A DNA stretch of 64,000 bases from the NCBI GenBank assembly GCA_003134505.1, contig PLBK01000021.1:157276-221275 (forward strand), given 5' to 3'. This DNA is from Actinomycetota bacterium (GTDB taxonomy: Bacteria > Actinomycetota > Thermoleophilia > Gaiellales > Gaiellaceae). Each line of letters begins with the position of its first letter. Position 1 is the stretch's first letter. The notes below the pieces were generated by a model, which was given only the letters and a program-made list of their open reading frames with translations, made no database searches and was not told the origin of the DNA. A program made the translations under genes and the position numbers. Shown in pieces: positions 19,704-29,073 of this stretch.

Positions 19704-20210
19704 CTAGTCGCCCGTGTCCTGCGAGACGTCCGGCGAGTCGGGGCTCACGAGCACGATCTTCTCGCAGTTGCGCACCTTGATCAGGTGAGCGGCGTACTTC
19801 CGCGAGTTCACGTACGCGGTGTCGTTTCCGGCACCGCAGTCGAGGATGTCCACGGCGTTGTCGTCGGCGAGCGAGTGGAGCGCGTCGTCGCCCGGGCCGC
19901 CGTATTCGATGTCGGAGCCGAGCCCGCCCCAGATCGAGTCGTTTCCGTTTCCTCCGTACAGCACGTCGTTCCCGTCTCCGCCGTGGAGCGCGTCGTCGCC
20001 GGCGTTGCCGTAGAGGACGTCGTTGCCGGCGCGGCCGTGGACAGCGTCGTTCCCGGCCTTGCCGTACATGACGTCTGCGTTCGCCGTGCCCCAGAGCGTG
20101 TCGTTGCCCGGCGTGCCGACGATGACCGCCTTGGTGGCGCCGAACGCAGCGCCTGCGAGAGCGAGAGCGGCGACCGCCGTCACCGTGAGAGCTCCGTACT
20201 TGCCTTGCAT
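19704..20210 (-). CDS. secreted RTX-type calcium-binding repeat protein
   Basis: Signal peptide then about 8 tandem GxxGNDxLxG nonapeptide-type repeats; ATG 20210 chosen within ORF 19704..20267. Confidence 0.75.
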   Translation of the reverse strand: MQGKYGALTVTAVAALALAGAAFGATKAVIVGTPGNDTLWGTANADVMYGKAGNDAVHGRAGNDVLYGNAGDDALHGGDGNDVLYGGNGNDSIWGGLGSDIEYGGPGDDALHSLADDNAVDILDCGAGNDTAYVNSRKYAAHLIKVRNCEKIVLVSPDSPDVSQDTGD

Positions 20211-20334
20211 CGATCCACCTCCGTGGTCGTTGACGATTCGCTCACATCTGTCGTCGACGACGGTCATGGGCGTGTTCGCCCTCTGAAAGGCGTTCTGCAG
20301 CCGGCTGTAAAGCAGGCGCGAGCGGCTGCCGGAT

Positions 20335-21597
20335 TTACAGCTTGAGGTTGAGGAGGTGGGCGAGCCGCACGGCCGGCCGGTCGACCATCCGCAGCGCCAC
20401 GAAGGCGATTGCCCCCAGGGTCACCGCGCCGCCGACGGCGAACGCGAGCCCCGTGCCGCCGGTCGCGGCGAGCCAGCCGGCGAGGAGCCCTCCCACGGGC
20501 CCGGCGCCGTTGAACGCGTAGTAGTAGAGACCGATGACCCGTCCGCGCAGATGGCCCGGAGCCTCGAGCTGCAGCGTCGAGTTGGCGTTCGCCGTCCACA
20601 CTGTGAAGCTGAGGCCGACGGCGAAGAGCAGCGAGCCGGTCGCAGGCACCGAGCGAAGAGGCGCCAGCAAGAGCTCTGCGAGTCCGAAGCCAGTCATGCC
20701 GACGAGCAGCGTGCGCATGCTCGCGCGGCCGAGCGCCGCCGAGAGCAGTGCACCGACCAGCGCTCCTGCTCCGAAGCAGCCCGTGACGACGCCGAACGTG
20801 CCCGGGCCCGAGTGCAGCGTCTCCTTGGCGAGGACCGGGAGCAGGACGTTGAAGTTGAAGGCGAACGTGCTGACGACGGCGACGAGCACCAGCACGACGG
20901 CGGCCCGCGGCGTGCGTCGGACGTAGCCGAGCGCCTCGCGCGTGCCCGCCAGGAGCCGTGGCAGCTCCTCCTTCCGCCCGGTCGGGAGCAGCTCCTCCGG
21001 CCGCATGGCGAGCAGTCCGGCGAGCACCGCCAGGAAGCTCACCGCGTTGAACGCGAAGCAGAACCCCGCCCCGGCGAGCGCAACGACGACGCCGCCGAGC
21101 GCCGGGCCGACGACGCGGGCGCCGTTGAACAGGCTCGAGTTGAGCGCGACCGCGTTCGGTAGCTCCGCCGGCCCGACCATCTGGTAGGTGAGCGCCTGCC
21201 GCGACGGCGCGTCGAGCACGAGCACCGTTCCGCGCAGCCCGGCGAGCAGGTAGATGAGCCACGGCGTCGCGTGGCCGAGCAGCGTCGGGACGGCGAGTGC
21301 GGCCGCGAGCACCATCGAGGCAGCCTGTGTAGCGATCACGACCCGGCGGGGGTCGAGGCGATCGACGACCACGCCGGCGAAGAGCCCGAAGACCGTGAAC
21401 GGGAGGAACTGGCACAGCGCCAGTGCGCCGACCGCGACGGGAGAGTGGGTCAGCTGGAGGATCAGCCAGGCCATGGCGATGTTCTGCATCCACGTGCCCG
21501 TCACCGAGACGACCTGCCCGCCGAAGTAGAGGCGGTAGTTGCGGTGCGCCAGGCTGGCGAAGGTGCGCCGGTTGAGCGCGAGGAGAGCGCCGGTCAC
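20335..21597 (-). CDS. MFS transporter (EntS/MFS_3-like efflux type)
   Basis: 12 predicted TM helices, 420 aa; start overlaps upstream marR stop by 4 nt. Confidence 0.85.
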   Translation of the reverse strand: MTGALLALNRRTFASLAHRNYRLYFGGQVVSVTGTWMQNIAMAWLILQLTHSPVAVGALALCQFLPFTVFGLFAGVVVDRLDPRRVVIATQAASMVLAAALAVPTLLGHATPWLIYLLAGLRGTVLVLDAPSRQALTYQMVGPAELPNAVALNSSLFNGARVVGPALGGVVVALAGAGFCFAFNAVSFLAVLAGLLAMRPEELLPTGRKEELPRLLAGTREALGYVRRTPRAAVVLVLVAVVSTFAFNFNVLLPVLAKETLHSGPGTFGVVTGCFGAGALVGALLSAALGRASMRTLLVGMTGFGLAELLLAPLRSVPATGSLLFAVGLSFTVWTANANSTLQLEAPGHLRGRVIGLYYYAFNGAGPVGGLLAGWLAATGGTGLAFAVGGAVTLGAIAFVALRMVDRPAVRLAHLLNLKL

Positions 21598-22043
21598 GAG
21601 CGATCCTCGAGCAGCGCCGCGAGCGGCTCGATTGCCGCGTCGACGGCGGCCAGCTCGTCTGGCCCGAGCTGGTCGAGGCGGGCGGCCAGCCAGGCCGTGC
21701 GGTGCGAGCGAACACGCCGCAGCACCCGGTCACCCTCTGCCGTCAACTCGATCTCGACCCGGCGCCGGTCGCCGCTCGAGCCGGGAGCGCGGGTCACGAG
21801 CCCGGCCGCCTCGAGCCTGTCGACATGCTTGGAGATGGCCGCAGGCGACACGCCCTCGCTGGTCGCGAGCTCGCCGAGCCCGACGCGTCCATGCCGCTTG
21901 ACGACGGCGAGCAGCGTCGCCTGGCCGCCGGTGACGCCGAAGGAATGCGCCTCGCGTCGCAGCTCGCGGCTGATCCGGAGCAAGACCGGCCTCAGCCGGT
22001 TCGCAACCGACACCGCGTCGTGCGCATCCGTTGCCGTGGGCAT
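21594..22043 (-). CDS. MarR-family transcriptional regulator
   Basis: Winged-helix segment GVTGGQATLLAVVKRHGRVGLGELATSEGVSPAAISKHVDRLEAAGLV; ATG 22043 chosen. Confidence 0.85.
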   Translation of the reverse strand: MPTATDAHDAVSVANRLRPVLLRISRELRREAHSFGVTGGQATLLAVVKRHGRVGLGELATSEGVSPAAISKHVDRLEAAGLVTRAPGSSGDRRRVEIELTAEGDRVLRRVRSHRTAWLAARLDQLGPDELAAVDAAIEPLAALLEDRS

Positions 22044-22046
22044 ATC

Positions 22047-22061
22047 GTTAACTAGGTTAAC
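22047..22061. promoter_or_regulatory. candidate MarR operator (GTTAAC-TAG-GTTAAC)
   Basis: Two GTTAAC palindromes 3 bp apart immediately upstream of the marR start, in the marR / PAS-gene divergent region. Confidence 0.3.
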
Positions 22062-22116
22062 AAAATCGGACGAGGTCGCGCTGAAGCGCCCACAGGACAT
22101 AGGCTTCGCGCGAACG

Positions 22117-22515
22117 ATGACCATGCGGAAGCAGAAGAGCCTCGTGCTGATCCTGGCGCGGGAGCTGGCCACGAACCTGGCGACGCCGATCTACATCGCG
22201 GATGCGGTCGGGGACCTCGTCTACTTCAACGAGCCGGCGGAGCAGATCGCGGGCGGCCGCTTCGCCGAGCGTGGCGAGACGTCGATCAACGACTGGGTGC
22301 GGATGCTGGCACCGGAGACGGTCGACGGCAAGCCGCTCGCCCGCGAGGAGATGCCCGGAGGCATCGCATTCGCCGAGCGCCGGCCCGCGCACGGGACGAT
22401 GCGCGTCACGGGTCTCGACGGCGAGAGGCACACGGTGGAGACGACGGCGCTGCCCTTGTTCGGCCCGGACGGCGAGTTCCACGGGATCATGGCCATCTTC
22501 TGGGAACTCGCCTGA
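22117..22515 (+). CDS. single PAS-domain protein
   Basis: PIYIADAVGDLVYFNEPAEQIAG ... TALPLFGPDGEFHGIMAIFWE fits PAS fold pattern. Confidence 0.65.
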   Translation: MTMRKQKSLVLILARELATNLATPIYIADAVGDLVYFNEPAEQIAGGRFAERGETSINDWVRMLAPETVDGKPLAREEMPGGIAFAERRPAHGTMRVTGLDGERHTVETTALPLFGPDGEFHGIMAIFWELA

Positions 22516-22561
22516 ATGACGATTGGCCGGCACGTGACCGGGCCAACCGTCTAGCCGCCCG

Positions 22562-23404
22562 ATGGTCGTTCGCATCTGGGGTTGTCGTGGCTCGCTGGCG
22601 ACGCCGGGTCCCGAGACGCTGCGCTACGGGGGTAACACGTCCTGCGTGGAGGTCGAGTGCGACGACGGAACCCGGGTCATCCTCGACGCGGGGACGGGGA
22701 TCCGTGTGCTCGGCCGCGGGCTGGCAGGCAACCGCTCGGGGCCGATCCACCTCTGTCTGACCCACCTCCACCTCGACCACATCGAGGGGATCGGCTTCTT
22801 CGCGCCGATCTTCGATCCGCAGACCGAGATGCACATCTGGGGCCCGGCCTCCACCGTTCGCAGCCTCGACGAGCGGCTCGCGCGGTACCTGTCGGCGCCG
22901 CTCTTCCCCGTCGAGCTCCGCGACCTGCCGGCGACCTTCGTCTTCCACGACGTGGAGGACGAGCCGTGGGAGATCGGAGGCGCGCGCTTCGAAGCGGCGC
23001 CGATCTCGCATCCGGGAGCGACGCTCGGCTACCGGATCGAAGCCGATGGCGCCTCGATCGCATACCTTCCGGACCACGAGCCGGCGGTCGGCGTCGAGCT
23101 CGACAACCTGACGAGCGACTGGGTCTCCGGCTTCGGACTGGCGCAGGGAGTGGATCTCCTGATCCACGACGCGCAGTACACGGACGCGGAGTACCTCGAA
23201 CACGTCGGGTGGGGACACTCGAGCGTCTCGCAAGCCCTTTCGTTCGGCGCGATGACGGGCGTCGGCCGGTTGCTCCTCTTCCACCACGACCCGCTCCACT
23301 CGGACGATGAGCTCGACGCGCACCAGGCCCGCGCGCACGAGCTCTGGCGGGGCAGCGGGGCCCCGCCAGAGCTGGCATTCGAAGGCATGGAGCGGCGGAT
23401 CTAG
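22562..23404 (+). CDS. MBL-fold metallo-hydrolase
   Basis: LTHLHLDHIEG (HxHxDH) motif and downstream His/Asp ligands (FHHDP). Confidence 0.85.
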   Translation: MVVRIWGCRGSLATPGPETLRYGGNTSCVEVECDDGTRVILDAGTGIRVLGRGLAGNRSGPIHLCLTHLHLDHIEGIGFFAPIFDPQTEMHIWGPASTVRSLDERLARYLSAPLFPVELRDLPATFVFHDVEDEPWEIGGARFEAAPISHPGATLGYRIEADGASIAYLPDHEPAVGVELDNLTSDWVSGFGLAQGVDLLIHDAQYTDAEYLEHVGWGHSSVSQALSFGAMTGVGRLLLFHHDPLHSDDELDAHQARAHELWRGSGAPPELAFEGMERRI

Positions 23405-23409
23405 CTCGG

Positions 23410-24486
23410 CTATGAACCGTTCGTCGCTCGAGGCGTGGGCGGAGTCACGACCGTGAAGTCGACCGAGTTGTCGTTCGTGTCGTGGCCGTCCGGCCGGCGG
23501 ACGTCGCTCGAGCCCGGAGAGGCCGTTGCGGGCGGTGCGGGCGCGGGGCTCCCTTCGACGAAGCCGTTCGCCGCGGTCGATCCGTAGCCGACCGAGTCGA
23601 CCAGCGTCCCGGTTCCGTCGCGCAGGCCGAGACCACCGGCCGCTGCAGCCAGTCCCGTCGCGAACGACTGGTCGGCTGCGGGCGGGCCGGTGTAGCCGTT
23701 GCCGCCGAACAGGTAGAACGCTCCCGGGGCGAGCGTCGTGCCGTTCGGGACCGTGTCCAAGACGGTGTCGGTGCTACCGGTCGCAGAGCGGTAGACGAGC
23801 TTCCAGCCCGAGAGGTCGGCGGGCGCGGTGCCCGAATTGACGATCTCGACGAACTCGTTGGAGGCCGCCCCGGTGACGCCTGTCATGAACTCGTTGATAC
23901 GGACGATCGCCTGGCCGTTCGAGGCGGCGCAGGTGATGATCGCGTGGCGGGCCGAGTCGTAGGAGATGGAGATCGTGCCCGGTGTCCCCGCCGTGCAGGG
24001 CAGGCCGTTCAGGCTCTCGAAGGTCACGAGCCCGGAGCCGGGATCGCCCTTCGGTCCGGCCGGCCCCTGCGGGCCAGGCGCACCCTGGGCGCCGGCCTGG
24101 CCCTGCGGCCCGGCTGGTCCCTGACTGCCCGCGGGGCCCTGGGCTCCCTGCGGGCCTGCCGGGCCTTGTGAGCCGGCCAGGCCTCGATCGCCCTGGGGGC
24201 CGACGGGGCCGGCGTCGCCCTTGGGCCCCGGGGAACCGGTCGGGCCGGCTGCTCCCATCGGGCCCTGGATGTTCCACGCGATGGGCAGCTCGCGCTTGGT
24301 GCATTTCGACGGGTCGGAGACCACGCGCAGCAGGCCGCCGATCTTCAGCTTGCAGGCCTGGATCATGGAGCCTTCCGCAGAGCCGGATGCGGCCAGCGCC
24401 GCCAGCGCGCCTGCGCTTGCGAGAACGGCGAGGGCCGCGGCCAGCGCGAAGAGCCTGGGACGTGAGGCACGGAAAACCTGAGGCAT
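23410..24486 (-). CDS. secreted collagen-like triple-helix repeat protein with C-terminal lamin-tail domain (LTD)
   Basis: Signal peptide, 26 uninterrupted G-X-Y triplets, then [31 protein letters not shown] typical of LTD. Confidence 0.8.
   Translation of the reverse strand: MPQVFRASRPRLFALAAALAVLASAGALAALAASGSAEGSMIQACKLKIGGLLRVVSDPSKCTKRELPIAWNIQGPMGAAGPTGSPGPKGDAGPVGPQGDRGLAGSQGPAGPQGAQGPAGSQGPAGPQGQAGAQGAPGPQGPAGPKGDPGSGLVTFESLNGLPCTAGTPGTISISYDSARHAIITCAASNGQAIVRINEFMTGVTGAASNEFVEIVNSGTAPADLSGWKLVYRSATGSTDTVLDTVPNGTTLAPGAFYLFGGNGYTGPPAADQSFATGLAAAAGGLGLRDGTGTLVDSVGYGSTAANGFVEGSPAPAPPATASPGSSDVRRPDGHDTNDNSVDFTVVTPPTPRATNGS
24031..24264 (-). repeat. coding (G-X-Y)26 collagen-like tract
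   Basis: [78 protein letters not shown]. Confidence 0.9.
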
Positions 24487-24638
24487 AACGCTCCTTTCGC
24501 TTGGGCTTTCATTGGTAGCCGCGCAGGTGTGCCGTGTCTGTGACCCGTCTGTGACAAAAGTGCAACTTCTCGCCCGGCGCCATTGACGCACGCCGTCTCG
24601 GACTGTTCTCTATCGAGACAACGACAAAGGAGGCGCGT

Positions 24639-26054
24639 GTGGCCATCTTCTGTTCTCGGCCTTCAAGGCGGTCAGTCGCCTGGAGCGCCGTCAGCATCGT
24701 CGCCGGACTGGCAGTCGTGGTTCCGCTCCTCGCGCTCACCGGAACCGCGGGCGCTAGCAAGCACCGGATCGCCGCGGCGGGCCAGTTCCTGAAGGCGACG
24801 TACCTCCCGATCAAGCTTCGGGCACCAGGCGACCCGCAGGAGATTCGCTACGACATCTCCTGCCTGCCGCCCGACGGCGACGCCGAAGGAGCGGGCGTGT
24901 GCGACGGGGGTGGAACGGTCTACTTCCGCTCGAACGCGAACCTGTCAGCGAGCGTGCCACTGCAGCTCGATCCGAATGCGCAGGTCGGCCGGTACGTGGC
25001 GGCGGTGCCGGCGAGCATCTGGAACGCGCCGTGGTTCACCTACTACGCCGTCATCCGCGACAACACGACGGGGCGGTCGATCGTCGTTCCGCAGGGCGGC
25101 AGCAGCGCGCCTCAGGTCAGCTTCTCGATGAGCGGGTCGACGATCGATCTGGGCTCTCACGCCTTCGGCGCGACCCGTCAGGCCACCGCCCGCGTGGCAA
25201 GCGCCGCCTGGGGAAGCGGAGCGGGACAGGTCGGCCTCGAGGACGGGATCGACATGCCGACCGGCGGGGCGGCCTTCGACGTCGACAACGCCGGAGACGT
25301 CTACCTGCTCGACGAGGCGAACTCCCGGCTGCTCGAGTTCGCCGGCGGAGCCGCGCCGGCGCAGATTCCTCTTCCAGGGCTCGTGGGCGTCAGGGGAGAC
25401 CTGCGCATCAGCGATGCGTCCGGCGTCGCCTATGTCCTGGAGATGGCGAACGCGTCACAGCCGAAGCCGCTCCTGCGTGCCTACACGTTGCAGGGCGGCA
25501 TCCTGGGCTCGTCCGTGGTCGCAGATGCGGCGGCGGCGCAGGTCCGGCTGTCCGGCGGCTCCGCCTACGTCTCCGAATACCCGTCCAGCATGTGGGCTCC
25601 CGTCTTCCAGAACGACGGGCGGACGCCCGTCGACACGGCAACGCAGCTGGCGCGAGCGTTCCCCGGTGCGCCCGCCGCGGACGGCAACGTCGTCGTGCTC
25701 AGCACGGGGAACGAGATCCGGATCGGCACCTACGCGGCGAACGGAGCCACGTACCAGCTGTCGACGGACCGGATCACGAGCGCCACGCCGGTGGCCGACA
25801 TCCAGCTGGCACAGACACTGCCGAGTGGGAAGCTGGCGGTCGTGTTCTCGGTCTACACGGACACGGCTCATGAGTACGAGGTGGCAGTGATCGACCCCTC
25901 GGGGGCGTTGGCGGACCAGTTCGCGCTGCCCGCGGCCGAGTGGGCCCAGTCGATGCCGCTCTCGCGCTTCCGGCTGGTCGGGTCCTCCCTCTACGAGCTG
26001 GGCTCGACCGACGCCGGCGTCTTCGTCGATCGCTACGACTTGGGGGTGAGCTAG
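24639..26054 (+). CDS. secreted hypothetical protein
   Basis: GTG start, signal-peptide-like N-terminus (VSIVAGLAVVVPLLALTGTAGA); stop abuts next ATG (TAGATG). Confidence 0.65.
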   Translation: MAIFCSRPSRRSVAWSAVSIVAGLAVVVPLLALTGTAGASKHRIAAAGQFLKATYLPIKLRAPGDPQEIRYDISCLPPDGDAEGAGVCDGGGTVYFRSNANLSASVPLQLDPNAQVGRYVAAVPASIWNAPWFTYYAVIRDNTTGRSIVVPQGGSSAPQVSFSMSGSTIDLGSHAFGATRQATARVASAAWGSGAGQVGLEDGIDMPTGGAAFDVDNAGDVYLLDEANSRLLEFAGGAAPAQIPLPGLVGVRGDLRISDASGVAYVLEMANASQPKPLLRAYTLQGGILGSSVVADAAAAQVRLSGGSAYVSEYPSSMWAPVFQNDGRTPVDTATQLARAFPGAPAADGNVVVLSTGNEIRIGTYAANGATYQLSTDRITSATPVADIQLAQTLPSGKLAVVFSVYTDTAHEYEVAVIDPSGALADQFALPAAEWAQSMPLSRFRLVGSSLYELGSTDAGVFVDRYDLGVS

Positions 26055-26417
26055 ATGTCGGCCGGACGTGATAGGTGGAAGCGAGCCAATTTCGCTCGCG
26101 TGCTGTTCCTCGTAGGGCTCTGCCTCGCGATTGCGTCGACCGCCGCAGCGAGCAGCCGTCGGGCCCAGGGGGTCCCTTCCTGGGGCGATCCGGGCGGCTG
26201 CTACTACGGAGCGAAGTCGAAGTGCTGGGTCTACTCGCACCCGGCGGACCAGGGCCAGACGACTTGCCAGGCCGTGGACGAGTACTACGACCCGGGGCAC
26301 GTCGACCCGTTCGGCTATACGCGTGCGGCCGCGACTGAGATCGCGAACATCGCGGTGGGAGAGGGATATCAGTGGGCTGGCGGGGGCTTGACGAACTCCC
26401 CTTCTTGCCGAAGATGA
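26055..26417 (+). pseudogene. 5' fragment of a secreted NlpC/P60-family hydrolase gene, truncated by insertion of the serine-recombinase element
   Basis: Signal peptide plus ..EIANIAVGEGYQWAGGGL, then 8 element-derived codons and stop; matching 3' fragment at 42367..42825. Confidence 0.6.
26379..26406 (+). other. attL (inferred): ggcgggggcttg-AC-gaactccccttctt
   Basis: Left arm mirrors right arm of attR; right arm mirrors left arm of attR (13/14). Confidence 0.6.
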
Positions 26418-26467
26418 GACGTAGAGCCGCCCGTGGGTGCGCCACGGGCGGGAGACGGAGGATAGAC

Positions 26468-27910
26468 ATGAAGTTGCTCGGCTACGTCAGACGCTCGCAG
26501 GACTCGGGAACGGGAGTCTCCGAGGAGATCCAGCGCGAGAAGATCAAGCAGTGGGCGGCGCTCTACGACCACGAGGTCAAGTTCTTGAAGCCCGATCTGG
26601 ACGAATCGTCGTGGACGCTCGACCGGCCGGGGATGCAAGCGGCGCTGAAGCTGCTGGCCGAGGGCAAGGCGCAGGGGATCGTCGCCGCGACCCAGGACAG
26701 GCTGACCCGTCGAACCCGGGACTTCTGCAACCTGCTGGAGCTGGCGGAGGAGCAGGGCTGGCACGTGTTCGCGGTCGATACCGGCCTCGACACGACGAAG
26801 GACTCGACGATGCACAAGATCATGGCCGTCTTCGCCGAGCACGAGTATCGCGACAAGAAGGAACGCGGCGACGAAGCCCGCCGGAACGCGGTCCTAAACC
26901 ACGGCGTCCACGGCGGAACGAATCCGCCCCACGGCTACGAGTGGACCCAGCGCCTTGACCCGGAGACCGGAGCGCCGAAGTTCGACCGCGAGGGCCGACC
27001 GATGCGCGGGCCGCTGCAGCCCACCGCCGACGCTCCGCGCGTGAAGGCGGCGTTCGAGGCCTTCGCCGAGGGCGCGTCATGGACGGAGGTCACGGAGATC
27101 GCGGGGATGAAGTCGCACGGCGCGACGGCCGCGATGCTGTCGAACCGGGTCTACACCGGCGAAGCACGGTCGGGCACTTTCCTGAAGGAAGGCGCGCATC
27201 CGGCGATCGTGGACAGGGTGCTGTTTAACCGGGTGCATCGGAAGCTGACGGTCCGGCGCCGCGACTACTCGTATCGGATCGACGGGCAGAAGCGGGTCGG
27301 CGCCCTCCTCGGCGGCGGGGTCATGCGCTGCGGCCACTGCGGGTACGGCCTGGTCAAGGACGGGCACCGCTACAAGTGCGTGAAGCACGGCTGCAAGAAG
27401 ATCTCCATCGGCGCCGAAGCTGCCGAGTCGTATCTGCTCCTGCACGCGCTGGGCTGGCACGTGGCGTTGAATCCGATGCACATTGCGGACATGGACGCAG
27501 CGGCGCTGCCGGTGTTCGAGGAAGCGGTCGAGGCAGCGCAGGCGGAGCTGGCGGAGGTTGAGCGGATGCATGAGGCCGGTGAGCTGACGCCTTCGGCCTA
27601 CGGGAAGGCGCTCACCGTCGCGCAGCACGCGCTGGCGGCGGCGGAGACCGCCCTGGCAGAGGCGGAGGCATCGCGCGGGTGGCTGGGGCTGGACACGAAC
27701 GCTGTCCAGCGGAAGCTGGTCGGCGAGGGCAACGACGTGCGCGACATCGCGGCCGGACGCGACTTCGTCAAGCAGATGTTGCGTGCGACGGTGAAGCCGG
27801 TCGGCAAGGGCACGCACTTGCCGGTCGCTGAGCGGATGGAGATCGAGTTCCTGACCCCGCGCCCGGCGGTGGTGCAGGACATGCTCGATGAAGGGCTGGT
27901 GGCGGCATGA
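26468..27910 (+). CDS. large serine recombinase (integrase)
   Basis: MKLLGYVRRSQDSG catalytic-Ser N-terminus, resolvase domain (IVAATQDRLTRR), recombinase domain, Cys cluster CGHCGYGL..YKCVKHGC zinc ribbon, coiled-coil C-terminus. Confidence 0.9.
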   Translation: MKLLGYVRRSQDSGTGVSEEIQREKIKQWAALYDHEVKFLKPDLDESSWTLDRPGMQAALKLLAEGKAQGIVAATQDRLTRRTRDFCNLLELAEEQGWHVFAVDTGLDTTKDSTMHKIMAVFAEHEYRDKKERGDEARRNAVLNHGVHGGTNPPHGYEWTQRLDPETGAPKFDREGRPMRGPLQPTADAPRVKAAFEAFAEGASWTEVTEIAGMKSHGATAAMLSNRVYTGEARSGTFLKEGAHPAIVDRVLFNRVHRKLTVRRRDYSYRIDGQKRVGALLGGGVMRCGHCGYGLVKDGHRYKCVKHGCKKISIGAEAAESYLLLHALGWHVALNPMHIADMDAAALPVFEEAVEAAQAELAEVERMHEAGELTPSAYGKALTVAQHALAAAETALAEAEASRGWLGLDTNAVQRKLVGEGNDVRDIAAGRDFVKQMLRATVKPVGKGTHLPVAERMEIEFLTPRPAVVQDMLDEGLVAA

Positions 27911-28107
27911 GCGCCGGGAGTCTGACGGCGACCCAGCGCGCCTACAACGTCCTGCGCGAGGAGATAGAGACGATCGACGCGCCGGAGATCGACACGCCGG
28001 AGGCTAGTCCCGAGTATCGCGCGGGCCTGGCGCGGGCAATGGCGCTCCTGCTGGAGATGGACGAGGACGCTGATCCTGGACCGTCGATCCCCGGCCGCGT
28101 CTATTGA
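27907..28107 (+). CDS. small acidic hypothetical protein (possible recombination directionality factor; speculative)
   Basis: ATGA overlap with integrase stop suggests coupling; no family recognised. Confidence 0.45.
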   Translation: MSAGSLTATQRAYNVLREEIETIDAPEIDTPEASPEYRAGLARAMALLLEMDEDADPGPSIPGRVY

Positions 28108-28214
28108 ATGGGGTTGCACTCCCTGCGGCGAAGAGTACTCTGCGATCAGGGACGCGAAACGGCAGCGTGACGGATACGCGAGTACTCGGCTAAACGTCAC
28201 GCGCCCTGCGACCG

Positions 28215-28616
28215 ATGATCCGGGGCATGAAGCCGGAGTCGCTCTTCGAGTGGGCAGTTCGCGAGTTCCTGCAGAACCCGCGCCGCCACCCGCATCCCCA
28301 GCGCCCGGCGACTCCTCCTCCCGATCCACCTCCGAAGCCTGCGTTGCCCGTGCCGTACGTGTCCCGGCGGGGGGTGCTGCCCTACGGGTGCGCGCGTTGC
28401 CCTGACGGAACGGCCACCCGCATGATCGACCACGGCTCCTATTCCGAGGCCATCTGCGACGACTGCTTCGAGCGCGAGGGACCGACCCGGCCACCTCGCG
28501 CCTGCGCGTGCGGCTGCGGCGAATCGCTGGAGGGCAAGCGGCGAGGCGCGAAGTACCTGAACCACGCGCACCAGCAGCGCGGCCAGCGTGCTCGCGACCG
28601 GCTCAGGAAGTCGTAG
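28215..28616 (+). CDS. Cys-rich (zinc-ribbon-like) hypothetical protein
   Basis: CARCPDG..CDDCF..CACGCG cysteine pairs; basic C-terminus. Confidence 0.45.
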   Translation: MIRGMKPESLFEWAVREFLQNPRRHPHPQRPATPPPDPPPKPALPVPYVSRRGVLPYGCARCPDGTATRMIDHGSYSEAICDDCFEREGPTRPPRACACGCGESLEGKRRGAKYLNHAHQQRGQRARDRLRKS

Positions 28617-28878
28617 CGGCGCGCTCAAGGCGCTGGCGGGCTTCGCGGGCTGACTCGGCGTCGAAGTAGCAGACCAGCGCGGCGTACTGACCCGTCTTCC
28701 CGGTGACGACGCCTTCCCGCCCGAGCGTGACGGGCGGGTCGCCGTTCTCGGGGAAGTAGGTGTGGAGCAGAACGGCCTCCTGGGGCGGGCGCGTGTTCTC
28801 CTCCGGGACGAAGTGCCCGGTGATGGTCTTCTTCCGGCGGCGGAGCTGATGCGGGGAACGGCCCTCAGGGTGCGGCAT
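28603..28878 (-). CDS. hypothetical protein
   Basis: ATG directly follows stop of upstream gene (28879); last gene of a minus-strand operon. Confidence 0.45.
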   Translation of the reverse strand: MPHPEGRSPHQLRRRKKTITGHFVPEENTRPPQEAVLLHTYFPENGDPPVTLGREGVVTGKTGQYAALVCYFDAESAREARQRLERAATTS

Positions 28879-29073
28879 CTAGTCCGCCCAGTCGTCGGGG
28901 AGGTCAGGAAGATGGACGTGGGCGCTCTGGGCGCCGGGGACGTCCTGCGGCTCTTCGGCGCGTTCCCAGCGCAGCAGCTCCGAGGCGGCGCGGAGGCGGA
29001 CGTTCTCGTTCTTGGACTGGAGCAGCTCGCGCAAGACGCGGATTGCCTCCGGTTCGGTCGGCGTCGGGGTCAC
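28879..29073 (-). CDS. small hypothetical protein
   Basis: GTG start overlaps upstream stop (GTGA at 29070-29073); helical EAIRVLRELLQSKNENVRLRAASELL. Confidence 0.4.
   Translation of the reverse strand: MTPTPTEPEAIRVLRELLQSKNENVRLRAASELLRWERAEEPQDVPGAQSAHVHLPDLPDDWAD

Noticed and set aside
24031-24264. Tandem DNA repeat / CRISPR-like periodicity
   Set aside because: The 9-nt periodicity is the coding G-X-Y collagen tract of 23410..24486. There are no spacers or cas genes.
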